Positions 24,096-37,507 of a stretch of DNA of 64,000 nucleotides are shown in pieces. Every line of letters begins with the position of its first letter. The stretch's first letter is position 1. Source of the DNA: Octopus vulgaris (taxonomy: Eukaryota); assembly GCA_951406725.2 (NCBI GenBank), contig OX597823.1, positions 116,808,001-116,872,000 of the forward strand, read 5' to 3'. Made by a program: the position numbers and the translations under genes. The notes below the pieces were generated by a model. It had not been told where the DNA came from. It saw nothing but the letters and a program-made list of their open reading frames with translations, and searched no databases.

Positions 24096-25612
24096 CCATA
24101 AAAACCCATGTAATTTGCGCACCTGTGTAATTTATGCAGGTGATTTTTCAGAATAAAAATTGTTAAAAAAAGCTCCTATTTATGTAAAATTCACACCCAA
24201 AATTTTTCAGAATTGCCAATATGGCCAGGGGAAAAAGGTTTTCAGTTTAGTTGCATTTAGCATAATTTCACTTACTTATGATTAGATTTTATTAAATTTT
24301 CATTAAATAAAAATAATTTCTGTTCAACATTGAAAGCTATTAAATTACAAAGTGTTTGTGTTGTTTATGATAAACTTAATTTTACATTTCTTGCCCAAAA
24401 GAGATTATGTTTGGTCTTTAGCAAACTTCTGTATGTCTTCTCAAACTACAATCACAGGAAAGGTTGTTGATAATTCTTATAAACAAAAACAAAGCTGATA
24501 AATACACACAAGTGTTGCAAAATAAGTTTAATTATCAATAAACAACAGCTTGGAACACAGTTTACTCAACCAACTGAGGAAGGTGACTAATCAAACTGAT
24601 TATCTAAACAGAATTCTGATTGGTCGAACGTGTCTTCTTGTCTCAAGCTCTGATTTTCGGCCTATTCTTTTCAGAAACTGAGATATGGAATGGAATATTA
24701 AAATTTTCATCCCTTTCACTCTTATAAAATGTCTAGCAAACTTCATAATTTGTCATTACTGTTTTAGCTGGGAGACCAAACTAATATTTTGGTAACCTAC
24801 CATAATAAACATTAAAAATTGAAAGGAGAGAATAAACAGCTTTGCAAGTTTAACCCAGTGTTTATTGAACAGGAGAGGTGCGAAATTTAAGAAGAGACTT
24901 GTTAGAATATACATGTCTGTGAGGGGACATAAGCAAGAATAGCAAAATCTACTATACCAAAAGAACTGGTAATACATACAAGTGTTCTATGAAAATAAAA
25001 TATGATTGCTGTATAATTCAACATGAATGTGAAACAGCGTTAAACATTGTATAAGGTAAATGAAGGTTTCTGTAGAAAAACTAAGTCCTATTCACTTGGT
25101 GAGTTTACATGCATAAGGATAGATTATGATGCTGTCATGGTGTTAGATGCAGTAAGAGCTGGTAGCAGCAATGTCAGTGGTGATGAATTTCATTGTCCTA
25201 ATGTGGAGAAAGCGATAAATAGCTTCCTGGAGGCAAACACAAGCTAGACTTCTTAAGGAAATTGCTGGGCTCCATTGCAATAGGTAGAAACTCCAAGCAA
25301 TGTAAAATATGGCCTGGACCATGATTACCAGCATGGATGACAAACTTCAAAAAGTTTTAATAAACTTATATAGAAAAAGTAAGCATTATACCATCCAGTA
25401 TAAATAAAAGTCAACTTCATTATATTTTTTCTGTAAAAACTTATTAAATGAGTCAACTTCTGGTACAAATGTTTACATTTGTACATCATTTTTCAACAAA
25501 AAAATATTTCTAAAAATATTCTGGAGATGATCTACTCATGTAATTTGCACACCCACTAAAGTTTGTTTTTGTTTTTGCGGGAAAGATGCACAAATTACAT
25601 GGGTTTTTATGG
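24096..25612. mobile_element. pogo/Tigger-like DNA transposon, non-autonomous or decayed
   Basis: TA|CCATAAAAACCCATGTAATTTGCGCA ... TGCACAAATTACATGGGTTTTTATGG|TA: 26-bp TIRs, TA TSD, and subterminal repeats of 'tgtaatttgcac'. Confidence 0.85.
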
Positions 25613-25619
25613 TAAATAA

Positions 25620-26900
25620 TAAACTAGACCTTCATCTTTCCTGTATACATAAGGCTACCCACACCTTTAAATATTTTAAGGACATTTAACAATCCCTATA
25701 ATAGCTCCTAACCTCAGGCCAATCAAATTTACTCCTTCTATTGTTGACCCAAAAGTCGATTGGCCTGCTTATTTGTCTGAGTCCTTCTAGTCTTGTTCTT
25801 CTTTACCATTCCTTCTTAACCACTCTTACTATACTTGCATGGCATGCTATATTGAAGGAACTAACCATTCTATCTGTGGTGTACCCAGTATATGCATTAG
25901 TGGTAGTGAAAATATCTAACCTAGAAGTAGCAGCCTGCACTCCCTACCCAGTTCTTTTCCAATTTCACTAAGTAATCCTTATACCAAGATAGAGTTATTT
26001 ATGCTGCACATGTTAAATAATAGATGGAACACACTCTCCAAACCTCTTACCTATGACTATTATCCAGAATTGCATTACCTGATTCACACAATGGTGATTA
26101 TACTAATTAAATAATATCAACATCACCTATCTAACATTCCAAATTGTTAATCATTAGACTACTTCTTACTGTTGCCTTTCCAATCTGGTATTCCCTCTAA
26201 CTTGGTACTAGGTGTAGTTTATTACATAACCCCATCTTTCTTTGAACTCCTTAATGATGAGTAGTACTGGATTTTTCCTCTCCAGGCAAACATGTCCTCA
26301 TATTACAAGTGGTCTCCACTATCCCATATAACATTCATATCGAAAACAACATCCTACATCTTTCCCCTTTACCAGATAAATCAATCACACATAACACGAC
26401 AATCTCTTAACAGTTAGAGCTTATTCGAGTACCTTTGTACAATCCCCAACATTCAACCTATATCCACAGAATACCCTAAGTTCTGTATATCTCTACCCTC
26501 TTCCCTTTGTTTTTTTAGCCTTAGCTATCAAATTCTAAACCCCAATCCTATCCCTAATTGGCTTTATTTGTGCATTTATATTTCCTCACTTTTTGCTTTC
26601 TTTATTCTTTATCCTTCCTTTATCTTCAGTCCTCTTCCAGCTACCCACTTCTCTAAGCCTAATATAATAAAATATCACCTATGTTCCACCTCTAGTCTAT
26701 CAAAGAACCCGGCTAGCTGAATCTTATCTCACCCAGGTTGTTGACCTTAAATATCATATTACACCTTTCACAAGCTATATTCTTAACATAAGCACCACCC
26801 CCTAATGTCCACAGGAGCCAATTTTGTTGATCATTCTCCCATTTCGTAGTTAGCCTCAACAGACTTCAGCAACATCCCTGCAGTATTCTTGGAATATTCT
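25620..26900 (-). mobile_element. Possible very old LINE (AP endonuclease region) remnant
   Basis: Strand-skewed composition and faint LNVxG / W / GGV-like motifs on the minus strand. No intact ORF. Confidence 0.3.
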
Positions 26901-27298
26901 TCTGTTTCTAAAATTATGTTTCATCTCATGATTACGGATTTTCGTAATGGAGTAATGTTCTCATTCTTGAATTAAAAAAATGCGTAAGAAACAGCTGTGA
27001 CGACCTGACAATTATCCACCGTCTGTAATTATCATTCATTTGATTATAATACAACGTAGGGCATTTACAACTTGTTGGACACCCTACAGTATACCAACAA
27101 TGTACAATTCAATGTAATGCATGCTTTGGACCCGTCCCTTGGTGCTATATACTCATAGGGCTGGTTTTCTCTGTGTACACAACAAGAATATCCTATTTGA
27201 AACTTATCAACCACAGGCTGGAGCAACAGGTTTATCTAATCCTACCTGATGCTTATCTTTTCAAGTACCCAATTCTATCAGAATCCTTATTTTACTAC

Positions 27299-27330
<32 letters not shown>

Positions 27331-27559
27331 ATGTATATGTATGTATGTATGTATGTATGTAAGCACTGCATAACCAGCCAGAGGAGGTATCTTCTGGGGG
27401 TTAAAATTGCAACACTGTTGATTCCTAGTGAACACCCATGTTTAGGTAGAATTAAATACTACTTGCCACTATGAATACTGCTTTCACCTCTCATAGAGAT
27501 TTTCTTGACTAGCTATTTTGCTTGTGTGTGTGTGTGTGTGTTATTGTCTCTCAAGTCAG

Positions 27560-27840
27560 AAAGATGGCCCAGCAATTTCTTCCTGAATGAACAATCCGCA
27601 AAAGTGATTTGTTTATAGTGGTGGTCAAATGTTCCTGCAGAATATCAGTTCAATCCCTCCATCAAATAGACATTGTCTGTACAGGTACACAGTGTGCCAT
27701 ATGTCAGATGTCAAAGTGATCACAAAGCAACATAAGTATTTTGTTTAAGAACACTATGTACTACTTGGTATAGGAATCAAACCTCCAATCTCATGACCTT
27801 GAATGCAACACCACAGCCTAACAACTAGGCCACATGCCCT
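27560..27840 (-). mobile_element. tRNA-derived SINE family F (decayed)
   Basis: Reverse-complement similarity to 56631-56915. Confidence 0.6.
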
Positions 27841-28959
27841 CATGTAGCCACCTTAATGAAACATTAGTGACATCAAGTTCACAAGTCACAGACGGCCTGC
27901 ACGAGCATGTAAAAAATATCTTATGCTTTCTCACCTATTTCCAACATATCAGTTCAAGATACCAGTAATTATTTCCCCTTCCAGTGTAACTTAGTAAAAA
28001 CAAAACTTCTGTGATACTCTCCATTAGTCTTTTCATTCTTCATTGTGGTCCTGTGGCAGTAAATTGTACAGAAGCTTTAAAAGGAAGCTTCACTGGAATG
28101 GTTACTCAATGTTTTCTCAGAAGATTAAATACCTGATTTGTTACCAATCTCCTGACAACTAAATCAAATTGGACACCTTAACATATCTTGCCCAGGAACA
28201 ACACTCCCTATAACATGTAGACTGATCTTTTAACTGTTTCGTTTTCCCTGTTTCTCCTCTCCCCTTTTTTCTCCTTTCCTTTCTTTTTACTTCCTCCTCT
28301 TCCTTTCTGCAAAGTGAATATTGATTTCTATTTTTACAACCAGAATAAAAGTCACAGACATAAATGCATGGACCAATGCCATATTGTAAACCCCACATTT
28401 TTGCCAAGAGCAACAACACTGTCGGTGAAATAAAATAGATTTAGCAAAGCAATGAGAATAATTTAGCCAAGGGGCTTGCATTCTACTACACAGATTATTT
28501 ATAAATGGAAAGAACAGGCGGCCAAAAAGTACTAAAAAATATGGCTTTTATTTATATTTTTCCAGCCTTTCATTTCTACTTTCAATAAATGTCTTTTTGG
28601 TAAATATGAAAGCCAAAGAAATCTTTGTCATTCTCTCTGTATTTTTAGTCAGATAATTATATCTCTACAGACAATATCTATATCCTCTTCATAACATATT
28701 TCAATTTATTTCCTTTCATTTCTTTTTCATCTTCATCATTGTATTGTTTTTATTTTCTAATTTTCTATTTTTCTTGATTTTCTTTCATATCTTCTTCTAC
28801 ATCTTCCTCTGTTGTATTATTTTTCCCCCTTTCATCAATGACAGATCTTACCCATAAACCCCACAAATAAGCACTTCACCCAGGCCATTACCCACAATTA
28901 TGCAGCTTTCCAGAACTCTGACTGCCATTATTTGTTTCTACAGACATTTCTTCATAGAA

Positions 28960-29470
28960 ATTCCACTGTAATGACCACATTAGTATAAGTTGATCAACAT
29001 GTCTGAAATTAAATTGTACAGACCTCATCAATATGAGATGACCAACATAGCTCAACAAACTCTACTGACCATATTAATATGAGATGATCAAAAGCAGTGA
29101 GCTTTTGCCAGGAAAAATTCTCTGCAGCATTTTAACCCATCTTTGCACTCTCGTTCACAAATTTTGCAGAGGATGATGTTGCCGTTCATCCTTACTGGGT
29201 AAAGTAAGTACCAGTTGAACACTGGGGTCGATGTTATCAACTTGGCCCCCTCCCCCAAACCTACTGGCCTTGTGCCAAAACTTGAAACCAATATAAGATG
29301 ACCAACTGGACTGAAAATAACCCTGTATTGACCAAAATGGCTGAACATAAACTGTACTGACAACATCAATATGAGATAATCAACAGGATATGGTTGAATA
29401 GAAACTGTACTGGCCACATCAATATTGGTTGATCAACTTGACTGAATGCAAACACTATTGACCACATTAG
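28960..29470. repeat. Degenerate ~50-bp minisatellite interrupted by a SINE B
   Basis: Recurrent unit approximately 'aactgtactgaccacatcaatatgagatgatcaacatggctgaa', about 7 copies on both sides of 29090-29292. Confidence 0.75.
29090..29292 (-). mobile_element. SINE family B-related insertion
   Basis: Contains 'aagtaccagttgaacactggggtcgatgttatcaac...ccttgtgccaaaacttgaaa'. The body orientation matches the + strand copies and the head is decayed, so the strand call is uncertain. Confidence 0.55.
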
Positions 29471-29959
29471 CATCAAAGAGTCTTTGATCCTGACAAGTCA
29501 TTCCCAATTGATATTAAATATTCTTTCTCCTGTTCTTGTTCTCTACTTTGTCATTCTTTGTTTCTACTCCTTAACCTCTTCCTTCATCTTTATATTCCCA
29601 ACATATTCTTGATGTGCTCTGGTACTTCTTCACATTCTTCTTCTGTGGAATATTTTTCTGTTTTTGGTGCAACAATTTGTTGCAGATTGAACACTCAGCT
29701 GCCATGTTGTTGGATCTGGAGCAACGATGGTAGAACGCAGTAAAATAAACTAATATGAAATCAATGGTAGAGCTAGAAATATAGTTATGTCTCTGTTCTC
29801 CACATACAAATATGTACACGTCACACACAGCTCTTTGGATCCAATATTAAAGAATTGCTGTGAAATGTATGTATCCTGATTACATGGTTATGCATTCACT
29901 TCTTAACGCTAGGCATTACGTTCATAAAGACAGGGAGGCATCAAAGATATAAGAGTGAT

Positions 29960-30210
29960 ATGCATGATGTACTTTATATATTCATGACACTAATGCTGTT
30001 TATGATGAACCAAGGTTATTAAGTCTTGTATTCATGATATTAATAAATACTTAGGATGTATCCAAGATATCTATGATGTGGCCAAAATATTCATGATGTA
30101 TCCAAGATAATTGTGATGTACCCATTATACTAACAACACTTGTGATTTAGTCAAGATACTTATGACTTAGATCGTTATATCATTAATTCTTGTGTTGTAG
30201 CCAAGATACT
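29960..30210. repeat. Degenerate 20-bp minisatellite
   Basis: Unit approximately 'ttcatgatgtatccaagata', clearest at 30051-30130. Confidence 0.75.
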
Positions 30211-30824
30211 TTAGTAAATTGAAGCAAATGTCAATTTCTAAATGGATCTAACTGAACATAAAAACCAAAATAACAAAGAAACAATGGAATTGATTCCTTG
30301 ATAGAGAATCATCTAAAACTAAAAGGAAATGGCTGTCATATTAAACAAAATGAAATATAATTACTTAAACAATTAAGAAGTGGCGTTGTGTAAATATAAC
30401 ATCTATGACACTGAAGCAAATATATAACTGCACTTTAAACATTATCATAGTAGTTTAAACATTATTTCAAACTGGTGTATAAACACACAGGACTACGCTA
30501 GTCGATAAAATATTTAACACAAGTGTGAATATATTCTCAAATGCCATTAATGTCCAACACCAGTGAAATTATAATCTCAAATGAAAGTCAGTATGTGTAA
30601 ACATCTATTCTAACACTTTTATAAACAAAATCCTCCATTGTTGTGTAAATATACCCCTGAACTAAAAACTATGATCCTTCATGATAAATAGTGTTTAAAT
30701 ATAATGTAAAAAAACTTCAAGTCTAGCAACAATAATTGGTGGCAACGATGTGTATTCAGGGAAGAATTAATCACTGTAAACAATAGATGTAGTCTAAGAA
30801 TACACTCATAAGAACAACAACAAC

Positions 30825-30881
<57 letters not shown>

Positions 30882-31415
30882 CATGATGATGATAAATACA
30901 CACAGACATAACTTCTTCACTTGTGCTGAATTGAAAATTTGGTCAGGTTAGCTATTTCATTATTGTCTGTTGGTTGGTACAGATAGTCAAGATTGTCTTT
31001 CTTTAGATTCTGACAGAAGAAAGTATGTGTAATGTTTACTGTATGAGTCCAACTGTCAGTTAAATGAGATCCCAGGGAGGGAATTGATAAATGGTATTGC
31101 CAATAATAATGGATTTGAAGTGAATCCAGTGTGTAAGTCAGTTGTGATCCAATACCATAAAAAATAAAGATTGCTAAAAGGCATAAAATTGGTGTATGAG
31201 AGAGTGAGTGACGAATGTGTGCATGCGGGTGTGTGTGTGTGTGTGTGTATTTGGAGGGGGGGTACATTTGAGTTGATTAACCTGAGTATTTTATTGTGAT
31301 GAAGGAATACAGCCAACCCCAGCCATATTTGAATTCAGAACATACAATAACAGCACTCAATACATGTATTTTGGTTACTCAACTGATTCAGCTGTCCACC
31401 ACCCTAATGATGATG

Positions 31416-31461
<46 letters not shown>

Positions 31462-31463
<2 letters not shown>

Positions 31464-32008
31464 CAGTGCCAGGCAGTGGCTCTCATGGCTTCTGATCTTA
31501 ACTGATTGGAAGTGTTATAACATACATTGTTTTGTCTTGGTATAAAAGATGGACTACAGCAAATATTCTGCTCAGTACCACAGATTGGTTTGTCAGTTGT
31601 TTGACTTTAACCTGTTGAGCATGTCCCTTAGTGGCTGACGATATGTGCATCTCTGATCATGAGCAGAAGTAGTGGGGGAGCATCATAGCCACGTGCTGAG
31701 AGGGATTCTTTGGGGTTTGAATAATTCACCTCTGGGAACATGAGTGTTTCATTCAACATCCTTAAACAACCCTTATTTAGGGACCTTTTGAGCAGGATGG
31801 GCTACTCGACCAGAAGAAAATTCCAACTGGGCCCCACCTGCAAGGTCATGTGCTGTTTATCTTGATATGAGATCACCATGTCATGCACATATGGTTGTGA
31901 TGCATGTGCCTAGTGTACCCTTATCAGACGGGTAGTCATGATGGGTATACTGGGCTTCGTATATTTTACCCCAGTGTCACTTTGATGGCATGCACTGCTC
32001 TCTCACTC
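31462..32008 (+). mobile_element. Unclassified ~550-bp interspersed repeat (family E) inserted in (AAT)n
   Basis: Full-length inverted copy at 50175-50705 with the same ends. Both are flanked on both sides by (AAT)n. Confidence 0.85.
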
Positions 32009-32044
<36 letters not shown>

Positions 32045-33526
32045 TGCAGTGATTTACCTTATATTTACTGAGGATTACATCACCCTCCATATGAGACATG
32101 TTTAAAGATATAAGTTTAAGACATGATTACACATCCACACACAAATATGATGTGAATTGGTTGTTTATATAAAGGAACCATTGAGAAGCTGTGCTTTGAT
32201 GAAGAGACAATACAATATCTTCAATATCTCAATGGATGCCTCTGAAAACATAGTTACAACATAACAGTCAAAGAATAGACATGTGTGTCATTTCTGGTTT
32301 AGCAACAGAGAATGCCCTGAAGACTATACCAGCAGGAGACTGAAGGCCAAATCAGTGGAATTCTAATGGAATACATGAGACAGTATCACTGAAAGACTGA
32401 AGACAACATCAGTGGATGACAAAAGACAACTTTCTCTTTACCCCTCTTCCTGCCACTCATTTTTGCCATCCACGACTCTCCCTCTCTTATCCCCATTTGT
32501 CTTTATTACTCTCCCTGACTCCCACATTACTCCCTTCCTTATTATTCAATATTAGCATCATTCAGTCTCTCTCTCTCTCTCTCCCTCTCTCTCATTTCCT
32601 CCCTTTCTTGTATCCTGTATCCAGTACCTTCTCCATTATTTGTCTCACTTCTGTTTAACCACATCATGATTCCATTGCTATTTCTATTCAATCACCTTAC
32701 CCACAGTCATCATATAGTCTTTCCTCTGCTCTCCATACTCTCTTCTCTATAACTGTGCTTTATTTTATTGCTCTCTCTCTCTCTCTTTCTCCTTTTATGC
32801 TTTCAATCGTATTTTTTTCTACTCACCTTCCTTACCACTAACCCTCATGTAGCTGTCTCTCTTATGAATAAGGACTGATGCAAGCACTTGATGACCCATT
32901 CAACAAATGTTAGCATGTAATATTGAAGATAAACTAATGATGGTCATGATGTGTGTGTGTGTATGCAAGTATGTATATGGATATATATATATATGTATAT
33001 ATTAATATATATATGTGTTTGTGTACACACACAGAACATAAATATATAAATGTTTTAATCCAAGATGGAGATGAGCACTGATGTTCCATGTGACAGGTTT
33101 GATAACTGTTAAGGTATTTCTCTTAACATGAAACCAATGGTAGCCTTAATTGATAAATATACATAGAATTGTTATCCATTAATGTGATGTTGGGCACTCA
33201 TTCTTATTTTTCGATATAAATATATATATATACACACACACTGCATCCTACATTATTAGGCAAATCAACCTTCTCTCAATAAGTAAATGTATATTCATTC
33301 AAAACCAGTTGTTTTCTCACTGACTGTTGGCAACACCTGTCTCTACACATTCTGTTAAAATAAATTGGATCTCAGCAGATGCCAAGAAATGATGGCCATT
33401 TTTGTGATTGGGCAACATTTTCAGCATCACAAATTTTTAGGCAAATATAATAAAAATGATAATTGTGTCAGAAAAAACATTTATTTAATTCAATAGTAAA
33501 GGTTTAACAAAAAAATTATTCATAAT

Positions 33527-33940
33527 AGGTGTAGGAGTGTCTGTGTGGTAAGTAGCTTGCTTACCAACCACATGGTTCCGGGTTCAATCCAACTGCGTGG
33601 CACCTTGAGTAAGTGTCTTCTACTATAGCCTCAGGCCAACCAAAGCCTTGTAAGTGGATTTGGTAGACAGAAACTGAAAGAAGCCCGTCGTATATATGTA
33701 TATATATATATGTATGTGTGTATGTATACATTTGTGTGTCTGTGTTTGTCCCCCACAACATTGCTTGACAACCGATGCTTGTGTGTTTACGTCCCTGTAA
33801 CTTAGTGGTTTGACAAAAGAGACCAATAGAATAAGTACTACACTTACAAAGAATAAGTCCTGTGATCGATTTGCTTGACTAAAGGTGATGCTCCAGCATG
33901 GCCACAATCAAATGACTGAAACAAGTAAAGGAGTATAAAG
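33527..33940 (+). mobile_element. SINE family A nested in the Tc1
   Basis: Full-length match to the family A consensus. Confidence 0.9.
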
Positions 33941-34019
33941 GACTTCATGGTAAACATAATGATACGTCTGAATGAAAATAATTATGGAATTATAATAATA
34001 ATACTAATAATAATAATAA

Positions 34020-34493
34020 TGAAATTATCGTATACAGTGCTCAGTTGCACCACAACTTGTCAAAAGGGTGTATAAAGTATATTTAGTAATGTACAAATGT
34101 CTGGAAAGTGAACAGTGTATGAGTCAGATACATGTTTGTGTGTGTATGGAGGGGAGAAAATCAGGTGTAGTGTTGGCGAATCTCAGGAAGCATGGAAGTT
34201 TTGAAGGATGCAGTGCTCCAACAACCAACAACTGATGCTGGCAGTTTGTTCCATGCTTCAGCAACTCTCAGCGTGAAAAAATGTTTCTGAAAGTCATGGG
34301 AGCTGTGCTGTTTTCCGACTTTGTAAACATGTCCACGGGTGTTAGACGGATGGAGTTTGAAAAGGTTCTCAGAGTTATTGTTTGTAAGATGGTTGATAAT
34401 TTTATGGGTGCCTGCTAAGTCAGCTGCCAGACGGAGTTTCAATGTATCCATGCCTAGGGAAGTAAGGCGTTCAGAATATGGCAAACGCCTGAT
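34020..34493 (-). mobile_element. CR1-clade LINE 3' end nested in the Tc1
   Basis: LPYSERLTSLGMDTL..R...TRGH.YK...FFTLRVAEAWNKLP, with a (TTA)n tail. Same family as 46455-46974. Confidence 0.85.
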
Positions 34494-36066
34494 ATCATAG
34501 AGCTCTTAATGTATGATATATCATCCTCCACATGAAATAACCTTCCTTACCTGTTGATCCATTGAATTTGTCAAGGTCATGATATCCTCTTGTGTCATAC
34601 TTTGAGCAACATCTACAATAGCATTCCAGAGGGCAGCTTTACTTGAAAGCTACCTTCCATCTTGGTAAACGCACCTCTTCAGGTTCTCGTTTGGGTTTAA
34701 GTCAGGGTAACAAGGTGGCCACACCATCAAACGACCTCCAGAGAATCCTATTTGCTGCAGGTATTCCTTGGAATTCTTCACTGCATGAGATGGGCCATTC
34801 TCTTGCATGAAGACCAGCTTTCTCTTGAATGAAAGTTTTTGCGTTTTGAACTTGTTAGAAATTGTTCTTTAAGAAAGTAACATGTGTTTGATGTCATCTT
34901 AATGCCATCTGGGATTTTCCATGGCCCGACCATCATACCACTAATGATGCCAACCCAAAATATGACTCCACCTCCCCACTGTTGGCATTTCAGATGATGA
35001 GGATGGTTCCCACTGATTGATACCCAACCTTTACTCCTGCCATCTGGTCCATCATGGGTAGTACAGCATTCATCCATGAACAGAACTGTTGAAAAATCTA
35101 TCTTAATGTATTCTTCTGTCCATTTCAGCCTCTTCATGAACAACCTTCTCAGGGTGTGTGTGTGGCAGCCTTGTCACAGGTTTATCACTCCTGGCTACTT
35201 GCATCAAGAGATGACACTTTGTCATTTTCAATATATCTTCCTTGCCACAACGTTTGCAGACTTTTCTACTTGTCAGACGTGGGTTCCACACAACATCCCC
35301 TTTTCCCATTTGACAAAGTACGATTTGAAGCAACCCTCAGCTTACCCTTATCTGCCCTCGACCGGACAGAATTAGGGGACTGCACAAATTTCTTCACTGT
35401 TTGATGATCTCGTCCCAGTATTTTTGATATTTTTATGGTTGTTTTCCTTTTCCAAGCTCTGACACAATGATAGACTTCTTATTCAAAGTAAGATCATGTT
35501 TCTGACCCATAATGGCACTTAAATTGGGCTCCTGCCTAATAATTTGGGACAGCAGAAATGTTGCTGCTACCTGATAATGGCCACCATTTGTTTTCATCTG
35601 CTGAGATCAAATTCATTTTAACAGAATGTGTACAGACAGGTGTTGCCAACAGTCAGTGGGAAAACAACGTTTTGAATGAATATACTTTTATTTATTGAGA
35701 GAAGGTTGATTTGCCTAATAATGTAGGATACATATAAATAGTAAGAGGAAGGATATAATATCCAGGCAGATACCAAATTTCTATACATAAAATTCCAAGG
35801 CTGGTTGCTTCAGATGGTGCCCGACGTTACAGTTTTTTCATGGCTACTTACTGTAAAGTACGATATTGATAATAAGGAGAATGAAGGATTTGAACATTTA
35901 AACTTTACGTTTATTTACAGTTAATTTATTCATAATAATTGTCTGACACGTGTTTTGATTGCATCAACTGCATATTGCTGCATATTTATATGCAGCGATT
36001 TATGCATTATTTGTACGATCTTTTCAAGGTGTATAAATATGATATTGTTCAAAGAGGAATTCCCTC

Positions 36067-36103
<37 letters not shown>

Positions 36104-36248
36104 GTATGAAGCATTTCGATAGAACTCTTTTGACATTGCTTATTCAATGCTGAGTTATTTGACATTAGAGGTTTTACTGGTTCTTTCATTCTCTCCCTCT
36201 TTTTCTCTCTCTTTGTTTATATGTGTGTATTTCTGTGTGTGTGTGTGC

Positions 36249-36284
<36 letters not shown>

Positions 36285-37507
36285 TTATATTTCTGTGTGT
36301 TTTCTTGCATTACCAAAATGTACCGTTGCCAAAGCAGATTGAATGTCCAGTCAGCCATAGCAAATTCACAATGTCGAAACAGCTGCACCAAATTGTCTCA
36401 TTTCAATACATACATAAATATATATATATGCACACACGTGTACATATATATGTATGCATGTATGTACATCTGTGTGTATGTGTGTGTGATTCATTCTTGC
36501 TGTCACATCCCCTTTCATCTAACATTTCACTTCATGTTCCCTCTCCACTCCCAACACTCTGATTCAATCACACTCATTTTCTTGAACCCTTCCCCCCCCA
36601 TTTCCCTTTCTTTTCTGCTCACATTCTTTGTATCCCTCTCGTCCCCAAGTCTCACTTTTTCTCTCTTTTTGCCATCTTTCTTCAACTCTTTTGTCCCCAC
36701 CTCTCCGTTTTATTTCCATACTCATTCACCGCTGTCTCCCTCTCCCTCTCTCTCCCTCTCTCTCTCTCTCTCTTCCTTTCCTGTCTTTCTCTCTCCAAAG
36801 ACCTAACCTAATTCTTGAAGTTACCAAACTATGTGTACACATAAATGTAATATCTTTGCAAAGTGTCCTTCTTCCATGGATGGCTAATTGATGACATTGT
36901 GCAAAGAACAGCAGAACGAAGAACCAAGAAAAATTTTTTCCTCCTTCTGCAAAAAAAGAAAAAAAAAACATATCAAACAAATTGATGCGGGTGATGGGGT
37001 GTGTGGCAACAGTGGGGCTGTTAAGGATGATGTGAGGGTGGCAGCAGTCGCAATGGTGATGATCATGTTTTGATTCTGAAGCAAGAAAGTTAATCACAAC
37101 AATGCTACCCATTTGGGGAAATGGTACAATGCAAGAGTTGACCTGGTTTTTTCAGTTATATGCTTCTCAACATACCTGCTAACACACACACATACTGACA
37201 CACATATCTACATACATAGATTCATATACATAAATATAAATATATATATGTGTATATACATATATATACATATGTATACATATACATACATATATATATA
37301 TATATAAATATATATACACACGCACACACACACACATATATATAACATTATATTATTTATATTATATTATATGATATATTATATTATACCATTTACACAT
37401 CTAGCACAGGCTGGTTGTTTGCTTCACAACGATATGGTCTTGGGTTCAGTCCCACTGTGTGGCACCTTGGACAAGTATTTTCTACTATCGTCATCAGTGT
37501 TTTATAA

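Larger units (their letters stand above)
33239..35734 (-). mobile_element. Tc1-family transposon with long IR/DR-type TIRs and a decayed transposase
   Basis: ~200-bp TIRs (catcctacattattaggcaaatcaaccttctctcaataa... / ...ttattgagagaaggttgatttgcctaataatgtaggat) with an internal repeat of tgcctaataat. Transposase from ATG 35510 includes VLFMDEC..DGPDG, GGGVIFW, FMQENGPSH and WPPCYPDLNPNENL. Confidence 0.9.
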
